From: Eledone cirrhosa
Lineage: Eukaryota
Reading direction: 5' to 3'
Assembly (NCBI GenBank): GCA_964016885.1
Contig: OZ024766.1
Coordinates: 13,764,001-13,828,000, forward strand
Length of the DNA: 64,000 bases
Shown: piece after piece, positions 40,015-52,669 of the stretch
Layout of the letters: every line of letters starts with the position of its first letter
Position numbering within the stretch: the first letter of the stretch is position 1
Program-made: the position numbers and the translations under genes
Notes under the pieces: generated by a model
Database searches by the model: none
Seen by the model: the letters and a program-made list of their open reading frames with translations, nothing else
Told to the model about the DNA's origin: nothing

Positions 40015-43000
40015 CTATGTAATGCTGCGTTATAATAGTTAGCATGCTATGTATAATAGTTAGCATGCTATGTAATGCTGCGTTATAATAGTTAGCATGC
40101 TATGTATAATAGTTAGCATGCTATGTATAATAGTTAGCATGCTATGTAATGCTGCGTTATAATAGTTAGCATGCTATGTATAATAGTTAGCATGCTATGT
40201 ATAATAGTTAGCATGCTATGTATAATAGTTAGCATGCTATGTATAATAGTTAGCATGCTATGTAATGCTGCGTTATAATAGTTAGCATGCTATGTATAAT
40301 AGTTAGCATGCTATGTATAATAGTTAGCATGCTATGTATAATAGTTAGCATGCTATGTAATGCTGCGTTATAATAGTTAGCATGCTATGTATAATAGTTA
40401 GCATGCTATGTATAATAGTTAGCATGCTATGTATAATAGTTAGCATGCTATGTAATGCTGCGTTATAATAGTTAGCATGCTATGTTATAATAGTTAGCAT
40501 GCTATGTATAATAGTTAGCATGCTATGTATAATAGTTAGCATGCTATGTATAATAGTTAGCATGCTATGTAATGCCGCGTTATAATAGTTAGCATGCTAT
40601 GTTATAATAGTTAGCATGCTATGTATAATAGTTAGCATGCTATGTTATAATAGTTAGCATGCTATGTATAATAGTTAGCATGCTATGTATAATAGTTAGC
40701 ATGCTATGTTATAATAGTTAGCATGCTATGTATAATAGTTAGCATGCTATGTATAATAGTTAGCATGCTATGTATAATAGTTAGCATGCTATGTAATGCC
40801 GCGTTATAATAGTTAGCATGCTATGTATAATAGTTAGCATGCTATGTATAATAGTTAGCATGCTATGTAATGCTGCGTTATAATAGTTAGCATGCTATGT
40901 TATAATAGTTAGCATGCTATGTATAATAGTTAGCATGCTATGTATAATAGTTAGCATGCTATGTATAATAGTTAGCATGCTATGTAATGCCGCGTTATAA
41001 TAGTTAGCATGCTATGTTATAATAGTTAGCATGCTATGTAATGCTGCGTTATAATAGTTAGCATGCTATGTATAATAGTTAGCATGCTATGTATAATAGT
41101 TAGCATGCTATGTTATAATAGTTAGCATGCTATGTATAATAGTTAGCATGCTATGTATAATAGTTAGCATGCTATGTATAATAGTTAGCATGCTATGTAT
41201 AATAGTTAGCATGCTATGTAATGCCGCGTTATAATAGTTAGCATGCTATGTATAATAGTTAGCATGCTATGTATAATAGTTAGCATGCTATGTATAATAG
41301 TTAGCATGCTATGTAATGCCGCGTTATAATAGTTAGCATGCTATGTATAATAGTTAGCATGCTATGTATAATAGTTAGCATGCTATGTAATGCTGCGTTA
41401 TAATAGTTAGCATGCTATGTTATAATAGTTAGCATGCTATGTATAATAGTTAGCATGCTATGTATAATAGTTAGCATGCTATGTATAATAGTTAGCATGC
41501 TATGTAATGCCGCGTTATAATAGTTAGCATGCTATGTTATAATAGTTAGCATGCTATGTAATGCTGCGTTATAATAGTTAGCATGCTATGTATAATAGTT
41601 AGCATGCTATGTATAATAGTTAGCATGCTATGTTATAATAGTTAGCATGCTATGTATAATAGTTAGCATGCTATGTATAATAGTTAGCATGCTATGTATA
41701 ATAGTTAGCATGCTATGTATAATAGTTAGCATGCTATGTAATGCCGCGTTATAATAGTTAGCATGCTATGTATAATAGTTAGCATGATATAGTTAGCATG
41801 CTATGTTATAATAGTTAGCATGCTATGTATAATAGTTAGCATGCTATGTTATAATAGTTAGCATGCTATGTAATGTCGCATTATAATAGTTAGCATGCTA
41901 TGTATAATAGTTAGCATGCTATGTATAATAGTTAGCATGCTATGTTATAATAGTTAGCATGCTATGTATAATAGTTAGCATGCTATGTATAATAGTTAGC
42001 ATGCTATGTTATAATAGTTAGCATGCTATGTATAATAGTTAGCATGCTATGTATAATAGTTAGCATGCTATGTTATAATAGTTAGCATGCTATGTATAAT
42101 AGTTAGCATGCTATGTTATAATAGTTAGCATGCTATGTATAATAGTTAGCATGCTATGTATAATAGTTAGCATGCTATGTAATGCCGCGTTATAATAGTT
42201 AGCATGCTATGTATAATAGTTAGCATGCTATGTATAATAGTTAGCATGCTATGTAATGCCGCGTTATAATAGTTAGCATGCTATGTATAATAGTTAGCAT
42301 GCTATGTAATGCCGCGTTATAATAGTTAGCATGCTATGTATAATAGTTAGCATGCTATGTATAATAGTTAGCATGCTATGTATAATAGTTAGCATGCTAT
42401 GTATAATAGTTAGCATGCTATGTATAATAGTTAGCATGCTATGTATAATAGTTAGCATGCTATGTATAATAGTTAGCATGCTATGTATAATAGTTAGCAT
42501 GCTATGTATAATAGTTAGCATGCTATGTATAATAGTTAGCATGCTATGTAATGCCGCGTTATAATAGTTAGCATGCTATGTATAATAGTTAGCATGCTAT
42601 GTATAATAGTTAGCATGCTATGTATAATAGTTAGCATGCTATGTATAATAGTTAGCATGCTATGTAATGCCGCGTTATAATAGTTAGCATGCTATGTATA
42701 ATAGTTAGCATGCTATGTATAATAGTTAGCATGCTATGTAATGCCGCGTTATAATAGTTAGCATGCTATGTATAATAGTTAGCATGCTATGTAATGCCGC
42801 GTTATAATAGTTAGCATGCTATGTATAATAGTTAGCATGCTATGTATAATAGTTAGCATGCTATGTATAATAGTTAGCATGCTATGTTATAATAGTTAGC
42901 ATGCTATGTATAATAGTTAGCATGCTATGTATAATAGTTAGCATGCTATGTAATGCCGCGTTATAATAGTTAGCATGCTATGTATAATAGTTAGCATGCT

Positions 43001-44131
43001 ATGTATAATAGTTAGCATGCTATGTAATGCCGCGTTATAATAGTTAGCATGCTATGTATAATAGTTAGCATGCTATGTATAATAGTTAGCATGCTATGTA
43101 ATGCCGCGTTATAATAGTTAGCATGCTATGTATAATAGTTAGCATGCTATGTATAATAGTTAGCATGCTATGTAATGCCGCGTTATAATAGTTAGCATGC
43201 TATGTATAATAGTTAGCATGCTATGTAATGCCGCGTTATAATAGTTAGCATGCTATGTATAATAGTTAGCATGCTATGTATAATAGTTAGCATGCTATGT
43301 AATGCCGCGTTATAATAGTTAGCATGCTATGTATAATAGTTAGCATGATATAGTTAGCATGCTATGTTATAATAGTTAGCATGCTATGTATAATAGTTAG
43401 CATGCTATGTTATAATAGTTAGCATGCTATGTAATGTCGCATTATAATAGTTAGCATGCTATGTATAATAGTTAGCATGCTATGTATAATAGTTAGCATG
43501 CTATGTTATAATAGTTAGCATGCTATGTATAATAGTTAGCATGCTATGTTATAATAGTTAGCATGCTATGTATAATAGTTAGCATGCTATGTTATAATAG
43601 TTAGCATGCTATGTATAATAGTTAGCATGCTATGTTATAATAGTTAGCATGCTATGTATAATAGTTAGCATGCTATGTTATAATAGTTAGCATGCTATGT
43701 AATGCCGCGTTATAATAGTTAGCATGCTATGTATAATAGTTAGCATGCTATGTTATAATAGTTAGCATGCTATGTATAATAGTTAGCATGCTATGTTATA
43801 ATAGTTAGCATGCTATGTATAATAGTTAGCATGCTATGTTATAATAGTTAGCATGCTATGTATAATAGTTAGCATGCTATGTTATAATAGTTAGCATGCT
43901 ATGTATAATAGTTAGCATGCTATGTTATAATAGTTAGCATGCTATGTATAATAGTTAGCATGCTATGTTATAATAGTTAGCATGCTATGTAATGCCGCGT
44001 TATAATAGTTAGCATGCTATGTATAATAGTTAGCATGCTATGTTATAATAGTTAGCATGCTATGTATAATAGTTAGCATGCTATGTTATAATAGTTAGCA
44101 TGCTATGTAATGCCGCGTTATAATAGTTAGC
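40015..44131. repeat. 4.1-kb satellite of 21/22/32-bp units (tataatagttagcatgctatg)
   Basis: Read directly. The units derive from the flanking Penelope coding sequence. Confidence 0.95.
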
Positions 44132-45459
44132 CTGCTCATTAAACATGTCTAGGTTTGAGGATAAGCGGGATATTCTAAGGGGTATACTACGTGCTACTGA
44201 ATTCTTTATGTAGATTGTGTGCTGTAAATAACCCCATGACGTCAGTGATTTACGCTGAATCGTTCGATCCCATTGTGATATCGAAGCTGTTTATCCTATC
44301 TTTTCTTACCCAATAGCTATTTTCAAATTTTATGATAGTCCTTCTAGCAGCTATTATTATTTCAATTTCATCAGGGGTAAGATCGGAGTTATTTTGGGCA
44401 AATATAAGTGCTTTATCTAGGGTGGCTGGGGATATGGACGCGTAGTAATCGTTTATATCGAATTGTATAAAGATACATGTTTCTCTATTTCTTATTTTAC
44501 TGAACCATTATATCGCCTCGTTAGTGTTACCCCATAAATTGATTTCTAGTTTACCCTTTATTTGTGCAATTACCCTATCTAGAATATTCTTGCTAATTTT
44601 ACCTATATCTGACTTAGATGGGCATATTAATCTGATAGTAGGATTTGCTTCAAAATTATTTTTGTAATCCATAAGGTTAAATGTAGGGTTGCATGGGGTT
44701 AGAGGCTCGGTTCTATCGGATATTCCGAGTTTATTTACTATCCTGGTGAGTGTGGATTCATTTGTTTTTTTGTATTTTTTGTGTAGTTCACGCTGAATGA
44801 AATTATTATATGTGTTAAGGTCCATAGAATATACGTTTGATGTTTTGTCTGCCTTTACTATGATACCGTTGGTGTCTTTTAGGTTTTTTAGTAGTGTGTT
44901 GATGTCATTTGGTAACTTGTGGTGTGTTCTTTTTTTGAATTTAGTTCCACTTATCATATTCATAAGGTCCAGCTCGAAGGCATCGAGTGTGGGGTTGTTT
45001 GGAGGGTTTTTCCAGGATTTGAATCCGTAATTCTCCTTAGAAAATTCACTTGTGTTAATAGCTGGTCCTTTGTCGAAGTGGTAAGCCTTCCATCGGACCC
45101 TACGGATGAAATCATTAGTCCGTTGTATCATGCCTAGTGTATAGTCCCTATTTGTAGGTATAGGTATGTTTTTAAATGACATTCCTATGCGGTGCTTTTC
45201 CATGTTGTTGCCGTGTGTTAATGATGTTGCTCAACCAGGTGGGAGCTATGTATACGGGATAACAAATTATTGTTATAGGTAGTCCAGTTAGGGTACTCCG
45301 AGTAGTGGATAGTATTAACGCATGGCTAAGTTTGACTCAACAAGACCTTTCCATAGTGATGCTGCGAGTACACGGTGATTTCTATGTAGAATACACTTGG
45401 AGTAATAATAAATCAAGAAAGAAAAGTGACATGGTTTGCTATAAAATAAGGGCTTTATT

Positions 45460-45576
45460 CACATTGCTGACAATTGTTTCTTTGAACTGGTAGGTCTAGA
45501 GATCGCTACCCGCCTGTTTCTGCGTCAATCGATCACCAATACTTTGTTATAACCAGTCTATTCATCAGAACATGCG
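45460..45576 (-). ncRNA. Type I hammerhead ribozyme with extended stem II (predicted), in the Penelope 5' pseudo-LTR
   Basis: cgcatgtt-CTGATGA-..gactggt..gatcg..cgatc..accagtt..-GAAAC-aatt-GTC-agcaatgtg. TATA-like tatatata lies ~30 nt upstream and AATAAA just downstream. Confidence 0.78.
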
Positions 45577-46431
45577 AGATTGAAGGGAATACACAGGCAT
45601 GGCTTCTATATATAGTAGTGGCATTAAATCAGAACAATAATAACAATACTAACAATACCAACAGTACTCAAATAAATTAGCTAGACCGTAAATAGTTAAA
45701 ATAATCACAACATCAATCTAAGTAAGGAATAGAGTATACTGATGACTTTAGCATGTAAAATGAGCTGATATGAAGCAGATGTATGAAATTGACATGTAAA
45801 AGCTGTCATGGGGTGTATTATATATAGTGTAGAGATAACCTGGGGCTTGAAACAATGGACCATTTACTTTATTGTAGGTTTGCTGACCGTAAGAATTATT
45901 TATTATCTGACAGATAAAATATTTTCATTGTAGTGAGGATGGAAATTTTTATGTGGTGTAAAGCGGATTCATTATTTAAGTGGTCTATATTAGATGAAGG
46001 GATTGTTAGTTCGAATCATGGGGTTGTTTAGCTTTCACAGCATCAATAACAAAACATGCATGGATAAGACAACACTAACAGCAATAGCATTATAGTAGGT
46101 AAGTTAATACAGAGGTTAAGGAAGCAAGGTATATATAGAGAGAACATGATGACTACTATTACGGATACATTGGGGTGTTCATTATAACAACAGGAGGAAG
46201 GTGATATTTCAAGGACTGTGGTAGTAGTCAAATAATATACTTGGAATTAAGTTCACCTGTGGAGAATCAAGGGTGAGAAGAGATATATTTATGGGTTAAG
46301 ATATTTGCAGACATTACTGTGGTATAGAATTAAGGAATCTAGAAGCTGTTTAAAGAATATTATAGTTCTGCGGTGGTCTGTGTAAGAGTGCGGATTTCAT
46401 ATGTTGAATGGTAAGTTATGTTCGTTCGAAT

Positions 46432-46498
<67 letters not shown>

Positions 46499-46959
46499 TC
46501 TCTCTTGTTTCTCTCTCATTTCTCTCACCTCCCCATATATAATTATTATTATTTGGGCTACCTCTATTCTCCCCCCACCTCTATCTTTCTCTCTCTCTGT
46601 TTTCTCTTCATTTCTTATTTTTTCTCCGTCTCCTCCCCAACTGTCCTTAACACTATAACTAAATAATTACAGTACACCCTCCCTCCTAAATCTCTCAATT
46701 TGTATGATGAATTATTATTATTCATCTGTTGCCTCAGCTGCCTCTCTTTTTTCACCTCCTCACTATCTCTCTCTCCCCTATCTCTCTCTATTTCTCTGTT
46801 TTTCTTTACATACATTTCTTCTTTTTCTCTGTCTTTCTTTTTAACTGTGCTTAACACTTAATATTTGTAAACATCTCACTACCAAAGCAGCTTTTTTACA
46901 TAACGGTTGGTCAATATTTATGGTATGTCAAAATTATTTATAAAACTGTTTATATATTG

Positions 46960-47025
46960 TATTTTATCTGAAGAAGGCATGCCATATTTTTAATATGGTA
47001 TCCCCGAAATATGTATAATGAAATA
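46960..47025 (+). ncRNA. Type I hammerhead ribozyme (predicted), family H1 copy 3, in element ~46495-47156
   Basis: tattttat-CTGAAGA-..atgccatatt/aatatggtat..-GAAA-tatgtata-atgaaata. The downstream 130 bp matches 2008-2140. Confidence 0.72.
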
Positions 47026-47152
47026 AATATGGTTTTATAAATATAGTTTCCATTTGTTTAATATCGTATATCTACTCCAAAACTTGTCGAGTGCTTTATA
47101 TCAGTTATAAAATATTTACTTGTTGTAACCCAACAATTTTATATAAAACTTT

Positions 47153-47205
<53 letters not shown>

Positions 47206-47381
47206 AAATAAAATGAATCACTAGAGTTGATTTGGCTTTGTTCCAGTCATCCATCCATACAAATTTTATGAAGGTATTTCAGCTCCACAATGCATTTACT
47301 TTGTTATTCTCCTACCATGCTGACTCTGTCTCTGTCTATTTTTCCATCAAAGGCTACAGGCCATGACTGTCTATTATTATT

Positions 47382-47571
47382 GAGTGGATTGGCAGTATCG
47401 GTAGAGGGTCGGACGCCATGCTTTGACGCATAGAGTTACGGCCCTTGCCATTCTGAGTTCAAATCCCGCCGAGGTTAACTTTGCCTTTCATCCTTACGGG
47501 GTCGATAAAATAAAGTACCAGTAATGCACTGGAATAATTGCTGGCCTTGTGCCAAAAGTAGAAACAATTAT
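47382..47571 (+). mobile_element. tRNA-derived SINE family 1, full-length
   Basis: A-box-like tggcagtatcgg, B-box gagttcaaatccc, (ATT) tail. Three other partial copies in the window. Confidence 0.85.
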
Positions 47572-48065
47572 TGATGTATTCTATCGGCTACTTTGCCATG
47601 CGGCGACCCTCTCTCTATGATGGCTACCCCCTCTCTATCTCTCTCTCTATGATGGCTACCCTCTCCCTATCTATCTCGAAGCCACCCATTACCTCCCGTT
47701 CCCTCTTCACCCATTCCACCTCACTCATCTTGAAGCTATTGAAGAGATAAGACACTCTATTCTGAAAGGCTAAAATGAATCACTAGAGTTGATTTGGCTT
47801 CGTTCCAGTTTCCATCTTGACGACGATCCTCTCTCCCTACCTCACACCCACCCCCTCACACCACCATAGCCTATTCGACCAATCAAACCTCAGCATGCCA
47901 TTTCTTCTGCTACTACTACCTAACTAACTCTCTCCTCCCCTGTCCCAGCCCAACACAGCCTGCCATTATCCCACCACCACTGTTCTTCTAGCCCTGAATT
48001 TTCCTACCGTTATGGATGGATGAGCTGAGAATAAATTTGAGCAACTCTGAATTAATAGATGAAAT

Positions 48066-51000
48066 ATGAATCTGCGAGCTACCAAGCACCCATGTGAAGC
48101 GCCCATCCAGAGACCCTTCCCTACGAGTGTCGACAAATGCCCAAAACTCCGAGTTGGTACCATCAATGTGGGCTCAATGAAAGGAAGAGCAGGAGTAATC
48201 GTAGAAATGCTAGAGCGAAAGGAAATTGATGTATGCTGTGTGCAAGAGACTAGATGGAGAGGAGAGTCTGCTAGAGTCCTTGTAGGAAAAAGTCGGTGCT
48301 ACAAATTTTTCTGAGTGGGAAATGACGATGGGATGGGTGGTGTAGGTATACCATTAGCTGACAAGTGGGTAGATAAAGTAATCTCAGTGTACAGGGTAAA
48401 TGCAAGAATCATTAAACTCAGACTAGTCCTGAATAAAACAATTACCACAATAATATCAGCTTACGCACCCCAATCGGGGTTGCCAGACGAACTTAAGGAT
48501 AGGTTTTACGAGTCCCTAATGCACACTACTGCTCTAACAAACGACAATGACTTCCTAATCATCGCAAGAGATTTTAACGGACAGGTAGGTAAACACTGCG
48601 ACGGCTTCAATAGAGTACATGGAGGCCATGGGGTTGGCACAAGAAATGAGGAAGGATTCAGACTTCTAGAATTCTGCGACGCCAATGACATGTCGATATG
48701 TAACACAAACTTCAAAAGACCCGACAACCACCTGATCACCTCTAGATCAGGGGAGCACTATAGTCAGATAGATTTTTTCCTCATCAGAGGACGTGACAGA
48801 TGGACGGTCATAAACACAAAAGCCTTCCCTAGTGAGGTATGTACATCCCAACATAGCTTAGTTTTCAGCGACCTCACGGTCAGAACTAGATGAACCTGGA
48901 AACAGAGGCCAACCTGGAGAAGAAGATCTGGAAGCTGAAAGACCCCTCAACCAGTAACAGATTTAAAGATATTTTACTCAACGCCTACGACAGTAAAGAA
49001 GAACAGATAGAGACATTCAATGAGGAAGAGAACTGGGAGTTCCTAAAAAATAACTTACTAGAGGCGACGGATGAGGTCTGTGGCTGGAGTAAGACCTCAA
49101 GCAGGAGGAGAATGACTTGGTGGTGGAACAATAAGGTAGATGAGGCAGTTAAGGCCAAGAGACAGGCATGGAAAGAATGGAAGAACGGGGGGAGCAGGGT
49201 AAATTACATAGAGAACAAGAGGGAAGCTAGGCGACAAGTATACTTAGCTAGGAGGGAAGCAGAGGATAGAAAATTCAAGCATGTTTTGCAACGTGAGGAC
49301 CAGAAACAGGAGGTGTTCAAGATTGCGAGGCAGTGTGTCAGAGAGAATTGTGATGTCATTGGAGAGAAGTGTATCCGGAATGATAAAGGTGAGCTTGCCC
49401 TCACAAGTGCTGAGAAGAAAGATGCATGGAAGAGTCATTATGATAGATTACTAAATGAGGAGAATGCATGGGAAGAAGAGACCCTACCCCACGTAGACCC
49501 TATAGAGGGACCAGCAGTACAAGTCAGCGGCAGCGTAGTAAGTAAGGCAATCAGAGATATGAAGATAGGGAAGGCAACCGGTCCATCGGGTATAGCTGCC
49601 GAGATGCTGAAGGCATCTGGGTCTGTAGGTCACACTATAACCACACGTATCGTTAACCAGGTAATACTAGAGGGGGCCATACCAAAAGATTGGTGCAGTA
49701 GCATCATTGTCAACTGCTACAAAGGTAAAGGCGATGCACTAGATAGAGGAAACTATAGAGGTATAAAGTTGATGGACCAGGTCATGAAAGTAACAGAAAG
49801 AGTTATAGCACAGCTGATTAGGGACCGGGTGAATATAGACGAGATGCAATTTGGGTTTGTACCAGGGAAAGGCACCACTGATGCGCTCTTCCTTGTGAGG
49901 CAATTACAGGAAAAGTACCGAGCTAAAAGTAAGCCACTCTACTTGGCATTTGTCGACCTTGAGAAAGCCTTTGACAGAGTTCCACGTGCAGTAATCTGGT
50001 GGGCTCTTAGAAAACTAGGAGTAGATGAATGGCTTGTGAAAGCGGTACAAGCCATGTATAGGGGAGCAGTCAGCAAAGTTAGGATTGGCAATGAGTATAG
50101 CGAGGAATTTAGCGTACAGGTTGGGGTCCACCAGGGCTCTGTTCTTAGCCCTCTCCTGTTCATCATAGTCCTGCAGGCAATAACGGAGGAGTTTAAGACC
50201 GGATGCCCATGGGAACTCCTGTATGCTGATGACCTCGCACTCATAGCTGAATCTATGGTAGAACTAGAGAATAAATTCCAAACCTGGAAGCAGGGACTAG
50301 AGAGAAACGGCCTCAAAGTCAACATGACAAAGCCTAAGGTCCTTATAAGTAGACGAGAAAACAGAACCCAGATCCCCTCAGGGAAATGGCCTTGCTCAGT
50401 ATGTAGGAAAGGTGTAGGTAGGAACTCCATTCTTTGCCCCAAATGCAAACAATGGGTACACAAGAGATGTAGCGGGATCTCAGGAAGCTTAATTAAGAAT
50501 GTAGGATTCACATGCAGCAGCTGTGCTGAAACAGCAAGCAAACAGCCACAGGAAACAAGTACCACCAATCTCTGGGAGGGCCCTGTAGAAACAGTAGACA
50601 GCTTCTGCTACCTAGGTGACCGAATTAGCAACGGAGGTGGGTGCTCAGAAAGTACAATAACTAGGGTAAGAACGGGATGGAAGAAGTTTAGGGAACTACT
50701 ACCACTGCTAGCTGCAAAAGGCTTCTCCCTCAGAATGAAAGGCAGACTGTATGATGCGTGTATCCGAACAGCGATGTTGCATGGTAGTGAGACCTGGGCG
50801 CTGAAGGTGGAAGACTTACGTAGATTAGAGAGAAACGAAGCCTGCATGCTCCGATGGATGTGTAACAGTAATATACGTGAACGACAAAGCATAAAGGAAT
50901 TGAGAGAGAGACTGAGCATAAGAGGAATCAAATGCTGCGTGCAGGAGAGGCGGTTACGCTGGTATGGACATGTGATGCGTATGAAGGATGACAGCTGCAT

Positions 51001-51480
51001 AAAAAGGTGCAGAGCACTAGAAGTTGATGGAAACCGCGGAGTGGGGAGACCCAAGATGACTTGGGATGAGGTGATAAAAGCCGACCTTACCCAACTACAC
51101 CTCTCAAAGTCAATGACACACGACCGTGACTTCTGGCGTCACGCAGTAATACAGGGTACCCGACCTCCCATGGGTACATGCTGAAGCATATAAACAATAT
51201 GCCCCCCCCCCCACCGCAAGGTGGTCGTGGAGGTGCCACGGCAAAAAAGCACCCAGCCCACACTGTAAAGTGGACGTGTAGGCGCCACGAAAAAGCACCC
51301 AGCACTCACTGTAAATGAGGTTGGTGTTAGGAAGGGCATCCAGCTGTAGAAATCAAGCCAGATCAGTTCCTGTATGAGCAAGGCATGGTCAGCCGACCAG
51401 ACACTGCCCACAACAGGACAACCCGTCTAACCCATGCTAGCGTGGAAGAACGGACGTAAAACGGTGATGATGATGATGAT
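48066..51480 (+). mobile_element. Full-length RTE LINE (family A), lightly disrupted
   Basis: APE (GTINVGSM..VQETRW..DFNG) plus RT (DLEKAFD, GVHQGS, YADD). TGA at 48312, a stop plus frameshift near 48890-48925, structured 3' UTR and (GAT)n tail. Confidence 0.95.
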
Positions 51481-51664
51481 ATATATATATATATACATAC
51501 ATGTATATACATATATACATGTATATATATATATATATACATACATGTATATATATATACATGTAGATATATATATACATGTATATATATACATACATGT
51601 ATATATATATATACATGTATATATATACATACATGTATATATATATATACATGTATATATATAT

Positions 51665-52669
51665 TTGAAAACTCGATCTGAACAACAGATTCAAAATAAA
51701 TTAAAGCAAATCGAAATTGCTTTTAAATTAATCAATAAACATTTGGATAAACTACGGTGTGTTTTCTCTTCGAATGCTGTCCAGCAGCAGCAACAACAAC
51801 AACAGCAGCTACAACGGCAACAACAACAACAGCTACAACAACAACATCAACAACAGCAACAACAACAACAACGACAACAACAGTGTGAACCACTCCTTGA
51901 TTCATCAACAATGGCCGATCTACTAAATGAAACTATTGACCCCCCAGTAGCCTCTGTCTCACAGCATGAAACGCCACATCCTTTCTCTGGCCCAGCAGTC
52001 CAATCATCACCACTGCCAACATCTCTGCCTACTACTACTACTACAACATTTTTGTCTACTGCTATGTCAAGGAATTTACCTTCTAATACCAGAACAAGAA
52101 CTCTCCCTCCCACAGTCCACAAAGTTCGTCAAATCCTACCCAAACCATCATCTACACCTCTCACAACACACACACCCACATACCCACCCACTCGAAACCC
52201 CATCATTTGCCGCTACTCTCTACGCTATAGAATATGTACGGATAGTGGCTGCAAATTCACCCATTTACCTAGGACAAAACGATCTATCCCCACAAACAGC
52301 CACCACCATAATACATACTCTAATTTAACACCAACACAACCACCAATAACTCAAACAAGGAATCCACAAATCTGCGGCTTTTCCCTGCGAGACAGATTGT
52401 GTTTAGACCGGGATTGTCCCTTTACCCATCTCCCGGGGACCCGTCGGACAAATGAAAATAAAATTAAAAATAAAAGCAAAAACAAAAACCATAACCTACA
52501 TAAAAATAACCACTACCACAGTCACCAACAGTCTTCTAAACAGGAAACTTCTTCCTCTTTTTTAGCCATAATGAATCTGGCAAAAGAACTGGAAAAAAAC
52601 ATTCGAGCTATCACCCAGCACCACCCTCCACTATCACCCCACTGCACAAACTCCCATTGCTGCCATTAA
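51665..52669 (+). CDS. LINE ORF1 (partial): polyQ and two CCCH zinc fingers
   Basis: [19 protein letters not shown] and [19 protein letters not shown] (C-x8-C-x4-C-x3-H). The N-terminus shown in the track is read-through from upstream repeats. Confidence 0.75.
   Translation: MKTRSEQQIQNKLKQIEIAFKLINKHLDKLRCVFSSNAVQQQQQQQQQLQRQQQQQLQQQHQQQQQQQQRQQQCEPLLDSSTMADLLNETIDPPVASVSQHETPHPFSGPAVQSSPLPTSLPTTTTTTFLSTAMSRNLPSNTRTRTLPPTVHKVRQILPKPSSTPLTTHTPTYPPTRNPIICRYSLRYRICTDSGCKFTHLPRTKRSIPTNSHHHNTYSNLTPTQPPITQTRNPQICGFSLRDRLCLDRDCPFTHLPGTRRTNENKIKNKSKNKNHNLHKNNHYHSHQQSSKQETSSSFLAIMNLAKELEKNIRAITQHHPPLSPHCTNSHCCH

Larger units (their letters stand above)
39390..46432 (-). mobile_element. Penelope-like retroelement (Naiad/Neptune-type), decayed and split by a satellite
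   Basis: ATG at 45203; KNIPIP..RWKA..YGFKS..KADKTSN..QFDINDYYASI..TMGSND; then FNEQANYYNAALH[array]RAGH..WFNP..KHFP..KLSYS..CNC..CP. TAA stops; RT core deleted; endonuclease absent. Confidence 0.88.

Noticed and set aside
40015-44131. CRISPR-like array with palindromic repeats
   Set aside because: No unique spacers, no cas genes, eukaryotic context, and the units derive from the host Penelope ORF.
48312-48314. TGA readthrough or recoding in RTE-A
   Set aside because: The position is Trp in the related family B (LFWVG), and the copy has another stop and a frameshift, consistent with ordinary decay.
51222-51256. Pistol ribozyme (CGTGG..CCACG stem followed by an A-run)
   Set aside because: Only the first stem resembles it; the P2/P3 arrangement and conserved catalytic nucleotides are not recognisable.
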